Part shown: piece after piece, positions 40,101-55,600 of the stretch | Position numbering within the stretch: the stretch's first letter is position 1 | How the letters are laid out: the number at the start of each line of letters is the position of its first letter | Assembly: GCA_002633005.1 (NCBI GenBank) | Contig: NMRA01000274.1 | Span: forward strand, 101,817-165,816 | Source: Phoronis australis | Taxonomy: Eukaryota; Animalia; Phoronida | Direction: 5' to 3' | DNA length: 64,000 nt | The notes under the pieces: model-generated | Told to the model about the DNA's origin: nothing | The model's input: the letters and a program-made list of their open reading frames with translations, nothing else | The model's database searches: none | Made by a program: the position numbers and the translations under genes

Positions 40101-43100
40101 TTCCGAACTTTCAAGATAATAACTATCTTTTTGAGGCCTGAAATTCAACAAGTTACAGATATACACAAATTTCTAAGAGCACAACACAATTGATATCTGA
40201 TTTTTAGTGGATTCCTACGGATGCGTTGTACTCCTCAACATCACCCGGCACAGCAGACAAAAAGCACTCTCTTTTTGTCCCATGCTAATAAAGTACTGGG
40301 GGTAGTTCCTGTTACTTTGCACACAAAATCAACTGCTAAAACTGCCACTTTCCATTTTTCAAAGCTTGACCACTTCGCTAAAATTAATCAAAACTTTACC
40401 AAGTGTCGTTGGATGACAACACAACTGTGCCATCAATGTAAGGGATTTAGGAGAATTTAACAAATTTCCTTTTCACTTTTCAGCCTCTTCCCTAGGTAAA
40501 CATCAGAATGTAAACATAGAATAATGTAAAAAAAAGCACTTTATAAATGTAATGCAAAAACTGTTCTTTCACAACACGGGTGAGGGGGGTTACTCGACAG
40601 CGATTTACTTTCATCTGTTCAAATAGCAGAATTTTCCTTTGTACCTTTGTAAACAAGATAAAAAGCGAAAACATCACTCTTCTTCTTAGAAAATTATTTC
40701 ATTCCACTTTCAAGCCAAACAAAACAAAATAAGAACACTTACTACAAAGACCCGAGGCACAAGTTTAACATAAGACAAACTTCTCTACATGCACACGCGC
40801 GCGCACACACACACCAAAATCGAACCACAAAAAGATAAGAGCACAAATCAACTTTCTCTTAATATTGAGCCAATCTAGGTTGAACTGCTGGGGTGCTGGA
40901 CTGAGCAATATGAGTGTCTACTATTTAACAAGGCTCTCCCAGATAATGAGCTCCTTTCAAACCCCAAGCTATTCAGGTCAAATGACAGCTAGGCGCCATC
41001 ATGTCTAGCTTGAGTGAAGATAAAAATAACCCGAAGACACTCACAAAATCCCTGCCTAAACTATGTTTATGCTGCAAAAACACCACTGAAAAACCACATG
41101 AAATCACAGAGCACACCTTGGAGATTAAGAATATATAATGTCTATCAAAATTTGGAATGACTTTGCAGTGGAAAAGTTAGTGGAAAACTTTTCAAAAGTT
41201 TCCCTAAACTCCACCTCTAACAAGACAGGCAGGTCACATGACTAGCCATGGTGCCAGAATGTCTGTGCCAGAGATGAGAGGTGATTCCCTTCAACAGTTG
41301 GGAGTTCCAAACACACCAACACACCCGGCTGTGGGACAACAACAACTAAGAGACAGAAATGTGAAATAAAATAAGGAAAATTCACTAACCTGGATGGTAG
41401 TAGTTGAAGTGTCTTAGAGGCCACATTTCAATGTGAAGGTGTTGATGGGTCTAGTAGTGAAGACTATGGACTAGGCCACTCTCCAGAGGGGGTGTGAGGA
41501 GAGGATTGAATAACCTGGCTGGAATTCTATTCAGGCCCAGCCAAAGGAGTGGCCAGGCCATTGAATAAGGCAGCCCCCATTGCTACATTATAACAGTGTT
41601 GGGTAGGCAGTGGGTAGAAGGAGGGGGGGGGACAGTGGATCAAAGGAAGCCTGTCAGCGGGGTGGCATTCAGCTACCTGCAAAAGGTGGATTAAGGCTAA
41701 GGAGATTAGCCAGCAGAACAGGCCAGGTTTGGAAATCACAGCAGGGCTGCCTGTTGACAAGTGAAGATAAAAGAAACTAGACAATGGCAGCAGTGGAGGG
41801 CATGATTGAATTTAGTGTTTGCACTGGCCCTGTGAAAGCAACAAAACTGGAAGACCTTGTACACAGTGACACAGGCAGTAACACAATGGGTAGCAACCAA
41901 AAACCAACCGGCGCACAATGCCCAAAAAGCTCGTTCAAAAACGTCTATTCTGCGCCCTGCTGAACTCTCTTGACCCCCTTTGCACCCCTATTCAATGGCT
42001 AATGGGTAGACAAAGGCGGGATGGGGTAAAATTGTCCACACGCACAGGGGTAGAGAGAATGTGGTGATTCATTCAGATGATGCTAAGTAAATAAACAGGG
42101 CAAAGTGTTGGTTGAACTCCAGCTTGGGCCTTGGAGAACCCCTAGCATCAATCGTGTAAGCGATGGAGAGCGTGGGACCTCATCTCTGCAAATCTTGGGA
42201 CTGCAGTGTGGAGGTTTAACCTGGCCGATGACAAAGAAATATGTAATGCATGAGTAATTCTATGTTTAATCAGCAACTCGGCCAGATTCACATAACCCAC
42301 GTAGTCAGCAGGCAGGTGTAGGAGTTCAGAACTGATGGGGACCTTCACAAACAAACGACAATCGGTTATTTCTCAAACAACACAATAGCGTCTAGCGATA
42401 GTGTTTCGGAGGCAAACATCCCAAGGGCGAGAGACCAGACCCAGGGTTATGGATTCTGTCCGATTTCACGCCTTTCCTAAATAAACCCATTACCTTGTCA
42501 GATGGACGACATTCACAATGGTTCGTCCAGAACACAATGTTATGCTAAAATTAACAAGTCAACAAGGGGCTATATGGGCAGTCCATTCAGTTATCAAATC
42601 GTCTATCTAATGAGCCAGACTTTTGCACAATGGTTTCACTAGCAGTTTAATTATGATTAGCCAGTTAAATCACAAACAAGCTTATGAAAACTCTCATTCA
42701 AGTGTCCAGTAGAGCAACAGGCTGTGAAAACTAAACCTATTCATGAAATTGCATAACACCACCATGAAAACTCAGTACAGTGGACAACAAATCGAGCGTG
42801 TAATATTCATATTTCTGTATTCAGTGTCCATTTGCGTGCTGGTTGAAAAAACACCGCACTAAACGTGCAATCACTTCTCTCATTCAATGTGGAAACGTTG
42901 AGGTTTTTACTAACACAGCACAAACGCCATCAGAGTGGCCGTGGAACAATGCCACTATTTACATTGCGACCACAGGGTTGTGTTCGATTCTTAGAATCAA
43001 CTGGCAGCTTCATTTTCCCATGGGCCATAACTGACAAGTGTCAAGCATTCCTTATCAACAACAAGAATGACTTAATACCTCAGTTGAAGAATTCAATAGA

Positions 43101-44687
43101 TTTCAATTGAGGGAACAAGCAGAATTAATTAGTTCTAACACTAGCTCACAACTCTCAAAATCTACTTCCGTCAAGGAGACATGAGAATTAAACATTGACA
43201 CATTACAATCAAATCAGACCAATCTCGGGGGAAAAATATTGCCAAAATTGCCTTTTCCTTTTCACAGGATTCTAACACTGTTGAGAACGGCAGCAATTTT
43301 TCAAAATATTCCATGATGGTAACCAATGGTAACCAATGTACTAAACATAAAATGGTGAATACGCATGTCAAACCGTAATTTGAAATGAAAAAACAAATTA
43401 ACTTGAAATACTTTAAGTATTTAATACAATAATTTTCAGCACTTTGCCCATTTCCACAGAACATTAATGCAGCAAAAATGAACCCAGTGCTTTCAGTAAA
43501 CAAAACTTTCAAGGAAATCTACACCACAACCTATTACCGTGGCCCAAGGCCAATGTTAAACTTAAACTGGAGCTAGCCACAAGCAGCTGAAGAATTTCTA
43601 CTACAGGTCAACTGCATAAAGCCCAGTCATTAACAAAATGTTTGGAAAACTGTGTGAACAATGTCCAGGTACTCAGATCAAACAGCCTCACAGTGGATTG
43701 ATAAGGTGAAAACAATTCAGTCCACGCATTTGTTTCTCTACTGCCACAAAGACCAAGAATGTTCCCTGGAGTACTGGTTATTAATCACGGCCCATCACGA
43801 TGAGAGATACTTGAATGAAGACACAAAAACATGGATGAGAGATGCAGTCACCTGCGAGGTGAACATGTGAAGGTGTGAAACTATGCCCACCTCAATGTGA
43901 GCGGAAGTAGCGATTGTTTTGTGACACATTCCGCCGAGAACGGGGGTGTAAGTATAATGTTGTTACACCTCGCTTGGCTGCCCAGAGTAAATAAACACTC
44001 GGACAATGTGTGCTTGAACACAAAAAACAAATCGGGCGGTAAACCTTTTGAAAATTTGACTCGCTATAGAGAGATCCTATTATGAACGACTATTTTCACA
44101 AAACAAATGGCGGTTTGTTCTCAAAAAGAGAGTTTACACAAATCACAGAACCTAGTAGTTGAAATACGAATAACGGAAACAGTAAATATCAACAATTAAC
44201 ATGGAAATGTGATAAATCAGCGCTACAGACAAATACTTCAAACGCAAGCTGAAGATGTCCGTGGGCCCACTCACAATCTCACAAACACAGAGGGACATCA
44301 TCAACGTAATTCTAAACTTTAATATTCCATTTTAGTTTTGGCATTTTTCGCTTTTGGGACACGCAAGCATACAAGCGCCCATTGGATCTGCCTGGAAGAA
44401 AGATTTGCTTTTTTCCACATCTATTTACTTTGGTTTATAGGCAGAAATGTCAAATTTCGCAAAAAAGTCATGCAAATCATAAGTCACTTCTGTTTCAACG
44501 ACAGGTTGTTATGCATAAGTTAACCATCAATAAATCTCAAATAATTTTTGAAACCTTCCAATTTTTTCAATTGAAATAAGTTCCTACCAGAAATATAAAC
44601 GAATATAACGCATAAGACTTTGGAATAAGCAAGTCCAAACTAAAGAAAAATAGGAAAACAAAGCAAGGGAACAAATCACCACACGCA

Positions 44688-44729
<42 letters not shown>

Positions 44730-47700
44730 TGCACACAAAATCTCAAATAAGTCGCCCTAAGACTTCAAGACGTATAGGTGCTGATATAAAATTACCCAAG
44801 GACCGAAATTCAAAACAAACAGCAGTATCTCGACCAAACTCCACTACAGCCACGATAACGCACACACTGACACTTTGATTATGAATGAGGCAACACAAGT
44901 GCGTCATGTTATCAAGAAAAGTAGGGGGGAGATTTGTAATTCCCCACGACATGGACAAATATGGTTTAAAAAACACATGTTCATATGTTATTACTAACTC
45001 ACTTAAGGCTATTATCAAAAAATATTACAACCAGCACAGCTACTGAAAACTTCCCATTTCAAAACGCTGTACAGAGACATCACACTTTTACATAAGAGCA
45101 TTCTACCGCAAAAGTGTCACAGAACTGACAACATAAAGTGAGGGCAACACGGCGAACAACGACAGACAAGTGAACAAGTCACCACCACTCTTTTAAGAAC
45201 ACTTCTTCTCTTTTGCTTGATGATGTTTTCGTGTAAGAGTGAAATGTTTCGCCTGTTCGTATTGTGTTTTCAAAATATGAACTTTTCAGCAGCTTTGCTA
45301 GTTGTAAGATTTCTCATAACACTGTGGTCAAATACTAATGTAACCATAAAGGTTATAAGTAACTTTGAATAGCTATGGTAAAAACACTTAATAAATATTT
45401 TTTCTATATTTTGAAGGCCTACTTCAACACTGTGGAACTGGACAAACCAGGGCTTGGAAAAATAAATTGAAATACATAAAAGGCAATTTAAAACACATTT
45501 GCAGTAACGAAAATAGCACTTTGTATCCCGTTTCGGCGGCACGTAGAAAATCGCACTCAGGTGGTCAGGCCTAGCAGTAGCACTAGCAGCCAACGGCAAC
45601 GAGCGTGCATGCGGGATCAAACAAAAATCACTCACATCCCACGATTCAAATCCAATGAATAACCGGTTACGGTTGAATTTCCTTTCAGGAACCATCGTTA
45701 TTTCTAGTGTTTCAGCGTTTTCAATCGGTCCTCTGACTCAGACTTAGTCCAAGGCGACTCGGCCACGCACTCAGTAACTGTTCCTCTCTCGAAGTTTACA
45801 GAGCACAAACCTTGATTTGTGAAGACAATGACCATTTCTTTTATCTACTTTTTCCACAAAATATTGAGTCTACTCCACGCTCCACGCATTTTTGACCGCA
45901 GAATCGCACTATTTGTAACCGCAATTTTATACCAAATGCAGACGCCATTGATGAACCACGCTATCCCAGGCACAGGCACTTGAATTTATCTGTTGCTCGA
46001 TTGCCACTGACGTCACTCATTACTAAGAAAACATGTTTCTTATATATGGTTACAAGTCATCGGCAAAGTCGAGCGCCTGTGATCCGCAATTACAATTTTC
46101 GTTCCTCCGAAACATAAAGAGCAGTTTCCGCTTTTCGAGACGTCAGCAACGCCGCGGTGAGAAACCAAGTTACCGCAATAATTTTATGGCAAATCCGATT
46201 TTTCCGCGGAAATATAACAAAAATACGCGGATCGAATAAATGAAAAAAGCGGAAATCCGCGTTTCCGCGGACAAGTCCAATTCCTTGACAAACTTTCACA
46301 CACTGGAATACAGTGCAAACAACAGAAGCGATGATATGTAATTTCTCTATTACGGTAAAATCTAACCAATTACGAACAAAAATTATTACCAAGGGCTTTT
46401 ATCATAGTTATGAACCCTTATAACTTTTTATGCTATAGTCTGTTTGTAGCTACAGTGCAGAATTTGGATATGGCAAAGTAACATTCTGGTGCTCTGTGTC
46501 ATTTATGAAAAAAGAGAAAATAGAAATTAGCCTGTCCATAATCACTTAGTAAAAATTTTCCAATTTGGGACAGTGAAAAATCAACATTTTACTCAAGGTC
46601 AGAGCTTGTCCCAAATACTAGAAACAGCCAATATTGGCTGTCCCAAATTCAAAAATCACAAAGATTGAAAACACGGTGTCTGAAATTTGATTAACATGAA
46701 GAACGACATCACGCTCGTCTCTAACTACAGAATGAAGAAAATTCAATTTTTGTGAAAGTTGACATGTCAAATTCTACAGACTGTCCCAAATTAGCAAACT
46801 TTTACCATATTGTGTCCTAAATTGGTGATGCTCTACTCTTAATTATTTTTGCTGAGAAGTTAAGCAATACAAACCTCCACAATCACAATAATGTATCCTA
46901 AATTGATAATTTCTACCGTGACATGCATTTAGCCAAATCCGAAATGCGTTCAATTACCTTAATAAAGAACCGAGCCTCGTTAGTGAACCTGCTGGACTTT
47001 TATTTGAAGATTTTCACAAAACTATTTTATAACCAAAAGTATTTTTGTACTACGGGCAAATTGCGGCAAACTTCAACAAGATAAAAACTTCTTCACAGTG
47101 TACATGTGACTGTTATGCCTTTTAATTCACTTAAATGACGTCATCACAAGCATTACACAACTGAACATCATTCCAACACGATGGATCTCCTTCCTACAAC
47201 TGGACAAATGATACCATGAACATCAATTTAGAACACACACACACACAGAGGAACGCGAGGACCGATAAAAATTCAGACTTTCATTTTTATGTAGCCATTT
47301 ACGAAGAAAAATCACCACATAAATCTAGGCCAGAACCATCAAAAGTCACTGAGATCTCTATTGACTAAGTTAAACCTTCCCACAATGGATTTAACACCCC
47401 CAAGGAGAAAACTTTGCCAACCACAAATTGCTTAATGCTCGCTAATTGTCAAATTTCACGGGACTATATCAGCAGAGGAAGTGGTAACTTTTTGGACATC
47501 ATAAAAAGTTTACGCTGTAAAGAAGTTGCTCAGAATGGCATCAAGCCAAACGCACCAAGGCTTTAACTGCTGAAGCACAAAATGTCACGCTACGAGTTGA
47601 ACCACCACCTTTTCTGGGGCCAGTTAACGGTCATGCAAGCACTGAGAACAAAGCAACAAAAACCGAGCTTCATTTGACAACTGAACCTACAAGAGCACGT

Positions 47701-50700
47701 CAATTAAAAAGGCTATAGATTCTATTTCAGTTGCTGACAGTGCGAAAGTTTACTACTGGGCAAACTGATTGCCGTGCAAAACTGCCCCAGGCAGAACGAG
47801 CAAATATCAGTGCAGTTTGGTAACACGAAACTCGCCAAATAAGACCCAGTGTTGACAATCAGGTCAGGAGTTCACCAAGAGGGGTCGACAGAGACAGAGC
47901 TGGGTGCATTTCACATGCAGCCAGCAGACCTCACAGTTTTGTGTGAGGAAAGAGCCAGTTTTAATTATACAAAATAAACTGGGAGACACTCCATAGTCCC
48001 TACACTGGAGAGGTGTCACTGGGGACACACAAACAAAAGCTGCTCGATGGAGCATATGTAATATGACCTGACAAGCTACAAGATAGCCTTCAATAGCTGT
48101 GTTTACATAACAGTCATTGCAGTATAAAGACTGAGAAAAAGGCAGCAACTCCTGTACTTTTCTGAGCTGACTAATTTATCAACTGGCTATGATGTAATGT
48201 TTTTTCATATAATACCAGGTTGAACAAGTCACACAACCCAGCAGTCTGACAGCCAAGACAAACAGGTACTGAGCATGTGTACACACACTCCACCTGGTGG
48301 CAGCATAAAGAACTATTTAGTAAAGAGGATAATACTGTTGATGGTAACACTCAATTTTTGGCTGACCAGTAAAGTAAAAAAAAACTGTAAAAATGGGTAA
48401 TGTATCCTCACAAAATGTATATAATTAATTCATCAAATATACTTCAGAGTTCTAAGCAATATTGGTATTATTTGCACAAACCATTTTTTCTCAATAACCA
48501 GTTTTACTGGTGACGAGTGAATAAATTGCAAAGTCAGGTACGTAGCAGAGAGTACAAATGAATATTTCCAACTCTATAAAATTTTACTATTGCACAAAAG
48601 AGAACCCATGTTCTAATATCCCTTTTCAGAGGCTTTTCATTAAAGGTTTTAACAGGTCGTTGCAATATTCAACTTTCAGGCCAAGAAAGCCACACTGAAG
48701 TGCATAACAGGCATGTAACAATAACAACTGTGAAATAATTAACTCCAACATGAAATTGCAATAAAGGCAAAAATGTAGTTTAAGGGAAGGTATTAGAAAA
48801 TCTAGTTCTGGTCAAATTTGCGACCACAGACGGCAAAATGGATTTTGTTCAGCCACTAAACGATATTTTGATGGACAGGCTTCTCCAGCGGTAGTCATAG
48901 CCATTAGCGGAATAAGAGAAAAACACCTGTCCCCAAGTCCAACCACGATTTAATAGTCAACTGATCGATAACGGAATGTCAACATTAATATAGCTAGATG
49001 ATATTGACGCGTTGAACTCTGGCGTTTAAGACGAGTGTAATTTATGAAGGTGATATTAAAAAATTTTGTTGGAAAACCATTCTGGCTGAGAAGTCATGAA
49101 GATTGATACAAATCTGTGACGTATTTGTGAAGTCTCGAACTGTTTTCTTATCCATGTTCACAACTTTGAAGAGCAAACATTCAAGTGCAGTTAACAAGAC
49201 TTCAAAACAGAGATGACATGCTCACTTTGGAAAAAACGAAACCATTACACCTCAAGTGTTTACTGAAATTACTACTTGAAAATTTGTCAAATAATTGATG
49301 CGCTAAGATTGATGCGTGGTTTAACTAATTCAAGTTTTGTTTCTTCAAGTTCACAACATTTAATGATAAAATCTCAGGTCAGTCGTACGTCACATACACC
49401 CACACAAACATATACCTTCGAAAATTTAAACAAATTAACAGAATTTGAGTAAATTGCTTAAATAAACACAGGCGGTTAAAGCGAAATCAATAACAATTAT
49501 ATTTATCTCTTAACTGGAGTTCAGAAGTAGAAGTCACAGTCAGTTAATTTCAGGCAAATCTAAACAAAAACCATTGGCAAAATTGCCATTTTTCGTTCTT
49601 TAAAAAGTGCAAATACTTGTGTTGACAATTGAAGGTAAAGTGGCACATACATATTTTTTGATAAATTTGACAAAACAAGAGTTCATCTTTTCAACCAGAC
49701 ACATTGTCTTTTGAAGGGGTTAGAAATCACGAAAAACGCCTTCATGTAAATTGACTGTCATACACAAAATCATAGAAAAAATTATCCATTATGGAGCTTA
49801 GCATTACAAATGTGTTATGTAACTACAAGTCAAGCACACGGTGCAGGGACAACTGGATCAACAGGTCAAGTCACTGAACATTCATCTGATGAAGTCAAGA
49901 GTCACAGGTGTTGAACATATGTTGAACGTTCAATAGCGCCAGATGACAGAGACAATTCATCCTCACTGCATAATTATTGAGTGAGTGGGAAAGGATAGTC
50001 TTGAAAAGGGCAATGATTGGGTCTTGGCAGCAACCCAGGCAAGAGTAGATGAAAGAATCACATTTGAACTTAATCACATCATTGGCTCTGGGTGGGGAGT
50101 CCATTATTTAAGGCCTGTAAACATGCAGAATCAGACAATGTACTGAACACACAACATGGCCGACTACGAAATCAATACTATGAGAGTCTACTTAAGATTA
50201 CATAGGTCTCTAGAAATAGTAAAATTTGGCTTACTTCAGAACGTCATGTCTTAAAAGTCCTATTTTTGATAGTCACTCGTGCAAAAGTGTAACATTTTAA
50301 AACTAATTCAGCTTTCTAGAGAAAAGTGCAAAAAATAGTATGTTAAATTTGCATGTGAAAATGATATAATTCAGAAAATTGTAACCTCAACTAGGAGATT
50401 TTATCTTGAATATTTTTATCAAAATTAAATTTGGGCATGTCACGTGTACTATTGTTTTTCTAGGCATGTGCCTTTTTTGTTCAATTTTACTTAAAAGATA
50501 TGGATACGTCACCAATTAATGTCAGACTGGTATGTATAGTTTAAGATCGAACTATACATGCATTCTACTTTCACAAAATATATACTTATACAGACCTATT
50601 TTCTGTTTTCTAGACATTTGGCTAAATGAGTGCACTTGTCAGTAGGATCCCACAAAAACTTAGGTTATGCAGGACTCTACAAAAATGTGCAAATTTGGCA

Positions 50701-51684
50701 AACTTTGGAACATCATATTTCAATAATGGCTGACCACATTCATGAGGAACTTTCAGATACTATGTTTTACGCATTGTTTTCTAAAACCCTGATAGGAAAT
50801 ATTCAATGTTTCACTTTTGCATGCGGGACTATCGAAACTTAAGGCTTTTTTATTTTTATGAAAAAGGTTAAGTTTCATAAAACACAAACGAAATGACAAT
50901 TTACAAAACTATTACAGCTTTTTTGAAAATTCATCATGAACATTTTTTTATCAATCAAAATTGGTCACGTCGTTTAATAGTGTTGTTTTGCAATTGATGC
51001 TCCTTTATTTTTTGCTAGTTTTCACTAACAAGACATAGTCGCATTACCCAATAAAAGGCGAATTGGTATGAAATCAAAATCAAATTCTACAGGCTTTCCG
51101 CTATTAGAAAATATTCCCTCTATAGTTTTGCACATATTTGAGCTAAATACATAGACTTAGTCAATAGGGTCCACCCAAACTATAGAGTGTACTCCCAGAC
51201 AGCAGCATCATGGGACAGAAGTAAAGAAGTTCACTAATATGGAAACATGGAAAAGAACTTGGCTAGGAATCTGAACAGTTCAGCAGTAATAAAATACTTC
51301 AACTTTTTCATTATTTGTAGCATTCTTCAGTTATCATAACTATGCCCCAATCGCAACAATGGAAAGGGGCAATGGAAGCTACCATTTATGTCCGAAGTTG
51401 GTGACATTTTACTGCAGCAGTAGAACAGAGGCAGTAGAACAGTGTAGTAATGATAGCAGTTCCAGTGGCAGCTAGCAGCAACTAGCAGCAGCTAGCAATA
51501 GCTAGGAGCTAGTAGCAGCCTGCAGCAGCAGCACCAAAACCATCACCACCACCACCACCACCACCACCGCCACTACCACCATCATCACCACTAATACTGA
51601 TAGTTATAGTAATAACCAATTGCAGTAGCATTAGCCATAGCAGGATCAATAGTAGCAGTAGCAGTAGCAGCAGTAGTAATAGTA

Positions 51685-51730
<46 letters not shown>

Positions 51731-52494
51731 TAGTAACAGTTGTAGTAATACTTGTAGTAAGCAAAATCTGCCTAGACTGATAAAGAAGCAGACTGGGTTT
51801 ATTTCTGTACATGCAGCTGCACTGCAGCTTTAACACTGTCCAGATGGGTTGGTGGGAAGCCAGCTGAGACTCACAGCTGCCCCAACCAGTCAGTTGTAAG
51901 CTGCCCTACATTCTCCATCACAACCAGTGGAAGCTGCTGAGGACTGGCTGGTTGGCTGGCAGTAATCAGCTTATACCACACAGCAATATGAACATGTGTA
52001 AGTTTGGTGCTACATATATACACAGGGATAGGCCCAGCAGTTAAAGCAGCTTAACTCTATCCACTGTCACTTAGTCGGGCACTAGGTGCAGTGATGTCAG
52101 TAGNACACTTCAACTTTTTCATTATTTGTAGCATTCTTCAGTTATCATAACTATGCCCCAATCGCAACAATGGAAAGGGGCAATGGAAGCTACCATTTAT
52201 GTCCGAAGTTGGTGACATTTTACTGCAGCAGTAGAACAGAGGCAGTAGATCAGTGTAGTAATTATAGCAGTTCCAGTGGCAGCTAGCAGCAACTAGCAGC
52301 AGCTAGCAATAGCTAGGAGCTAGTAGCAGCCTGCAGCAGCAGCACCAAAACCATCACCACCACCACCACCACCACCACCGCCACTACCACCATCACCACC
52401 ACTAATACTGATAGTTATAGTAATAACCAATTGCAGTAGCATTAGCCATAGCAGGATCAATAGTAGCAGTATCAGTAGCAGCAGTAGTAATAGT

Positions 52495-52537
<43 letters not shown>

Positions 52538-52545
52538 ATAGTAGT

Positions 52546-52579
<34 letters not shown>

Positions 52580-52587
52580 ATAGTAGT

Positions 52588-52639
<52 letters not shown>

Positions 52640-55600
52640 ATAATAACAGTTGTAGTAATACTTGTAGTAAGCAAAATCTGCCTAGACTGATAAAGAAGCA
52701 GACTGGGTTTATTTCTGTACATGCAGCTGCACTGCAGCTTTAACACTGTCCAGATGGGTTGGTGGGAAGCCAGCTGAGACTCACAGCTGCCCCAACCAGT
52801 CAGTTGTAAGCTGCCCTACATTCTCCACCACAACCAGTGGAAGCTGCCGAGGACTGGCTGGTTGGCTGGCAGTAATCAGCTTATACCACACAGCAATATG
52901 AACATGTGTAAGTTTGGTGCTACATATATACACAGGGATAGGCCCAGCAGTTAAAGCAGCTTAACTCTATCCACTGTCACTTAGTCGGGCACTAGGTGCA
53001 GTGATGTCAGTAGCTAGCAAGGGGGTCAACTAGAGGAACTGCACACAGTGGAGGAGATAGAAATTTTCCACGGCACATCAGTTTGGCAATTATAAGCGAG
53101 TGAATATGCAGTTTTGTCAACCAGGGTAATGCTGTTTTTGATTGGGAATTAGTGGAAAATTTGTAAGAGAAAATACCAACAGGAGGATTGGCAAGAGTAT
53201 ATTAACAGAAAGAAACGGACGAAAACGAAATGGAAGAGTCAACGCCACCTATGCTAAGAAATCAACAGAAATGTCAAAATTTTGGATCTGTGCTCACAGC
53301 CTTCCTGCCAGAGATGCCACAAGGTGGACAACTGCAGACAGAAAACCATGTGTAACAAATTCAGTGCTACCACACGCAAAACAATGAAAATACCAGTTTA
53401 TTTAATACAAAACAGTTAACAATGCCAGTAATCATATAAACAATCCTTCTGCGCCATTTCTTAATCAGTAAAAACCTGGGAATAGGAACTTAATTAAATT
53501 AGTAAGATGACAGTAATGAACATAATTAGTATGATTGTAAACCAAGTGCAAAGTGACTTAAAGATAATTGGATAACTGCCAACAGCCAATCATAACACAG
53601 CGTAATGCGGCGAGGGGAAATCGCGGCTAATTAATCTTTGTTGGCAGCACTTAACATTTCAAAAACATTCGAGTAAATGCGACAGGGCAATACAGATAAA
53701 CTTCAAGTATTTTCATAGCCAAGTCAAACCTTCAACACGTGAGATTTGATCAGTACATTTCTTCACTGTTAACTAATAAAATCATTTTAGACGCTTCACT
53801 TGTTTTACACCAGTAAAAAAAAATTAATAAAGGAACCAACGCAGTCAGTCGCTGCCTTTTTCCATCCTTGACCTCAATGATATGCAAACCATGTTGAGGA
53901 GCTGCATTCAACAGTGTTTAGACTTTCAACGTCTCTAGAGTGTTTGTCAACACAAGTGAAGAGCTAAAAAGCCTATTTCCTGAGCGAGCAGTCCTAAACC
54001 CCGGCGACTTCCCCAAGCGTATAAGTCGAGCACCAATTAGAAGCGCTACGGTAAGCAGTGAAGGCTGCTTCATTTCAATGAGATGCGACCAAAACAATGA
54101 TGATTAGGCAGAGGTTATTTGCAAAGGCGATTAAGCAAATGACGCCGGCGGCTTGTTGAGATAGAGTTGGCAGTCAAATACTGAGGCGTTTACAACCTTG
54201 TTTGCCCATGACGCGAGAGTCATCGATCGCTTGTCAGCCAAATCAATTCCGGGAAGAATGTTAGAGAGCCGGATACTCATTGATTTCAGTTGGCCATTGA
54301 TTGCAACGTGTAGTCATTCAAGACCTGGTTGGTTCAACATTGAACCGAGCTAGGGGCATGATGAGCAGTGTGAGAACATGTGCAGACGGTGGGGCCACAA
54401 CTCTAACTGCGTTGTAGACACAGTGGTCGAATCAATTGTACAATGTTTAACTTTTTCACATCAGCCCATTGTCTATTTTCAATGGGAACTAACGCCAAAT
54501 GCAAACAGAGACTCCCCTGAGGCCATCTCCAAGAGAACGTCTAGAAAGCTACTTAATTCACTTTTTCCATTGTTTATTAAATAGCTGAAGCAATCAAAGC
54601 CTGACAAGAAATTCTAAGTGATAAAAGCAAGTCAACCAATCAAAAAGAGATGGGTAAAACTGAGGCATATTTACGTGGTTGTAAAAAGTTACGACTGAAG
54701 AAAATCGAAGAGGTCTTTGCTAAATAGTAACAAATAGAAAAATAGATCAATTAAACACAAAGTCATTGAAATTATCTTATTGATGTATCCCGAATCTTAT
54801 GTCTAAATTCTTAACAGTGCTAATCAAACGAAGTTGAAAAGAACTAGTGATAAGGTTTCCACTCCATCCAGGCTCAACATCATAGAAATCAGATTTGTAC
54901 ACTGTCAATTAGCGGCACTTTGTGATAAAAATTGATGACGTCCTTCCCGTATTGAGAAGAACACACAGTAGAGTACTGCCGGCCGCTCAAATTTGTGAGA
55001 AGGTTAGACTGGACAGGGAGAAGAGCCCTCCCACTAAATGATGGACAGATATTTTGTTATTGTAAATGATAAAACGCCATTGTTTTCAAGTAACTCAGTT
55101 CACAGGGGTAACATTGGCGTGTCCAATTTCATTCAGGCACACACAGGCAGCAAACCAAAGGCCGTAGATCGTGAACAGCTCCAGTTACTTGACCCAATTC
55201 TTTCAATGCCATTACCAAGACCAGACAATAATCCTACCAGGTGAATGCAGCTAAGACAGCCATCCTGAGAGGGCAAGGTTTTACTTTCCTGTTGATTTGT
55301 GGCTAGAATGTCCAATTTGATGGATTGTAAACTTAATTTCTTGTCATTAAAAACCAAAAATATTATAGAATTATTTCTAAGGCATCTGCAACTGAAGTAT
55401 GGAAATTCCACTCAAAATTTGTAATTTTGTCAACGAAGTCTAATTCGGTGAGTTTTCCGAAGTCACGAAAACCAGAGTCTCTAGAACTTACGACATGTCT
55501 CCACAAAAGAAAATCTATTATTTTTACGAGTGGCTAACATTTCCAAAGTAAGGAAATTTAAGAATGACACAAACTTAGAATCCAATCGTTGTTTTCAATA

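Noticed and set aside
52320-52746. Poly-Leu and poly-Ala ORFs (also 51591-51836)
   Set aside because: These are translations of trinucleotide repeats inside an intron, with no splice or homology support.
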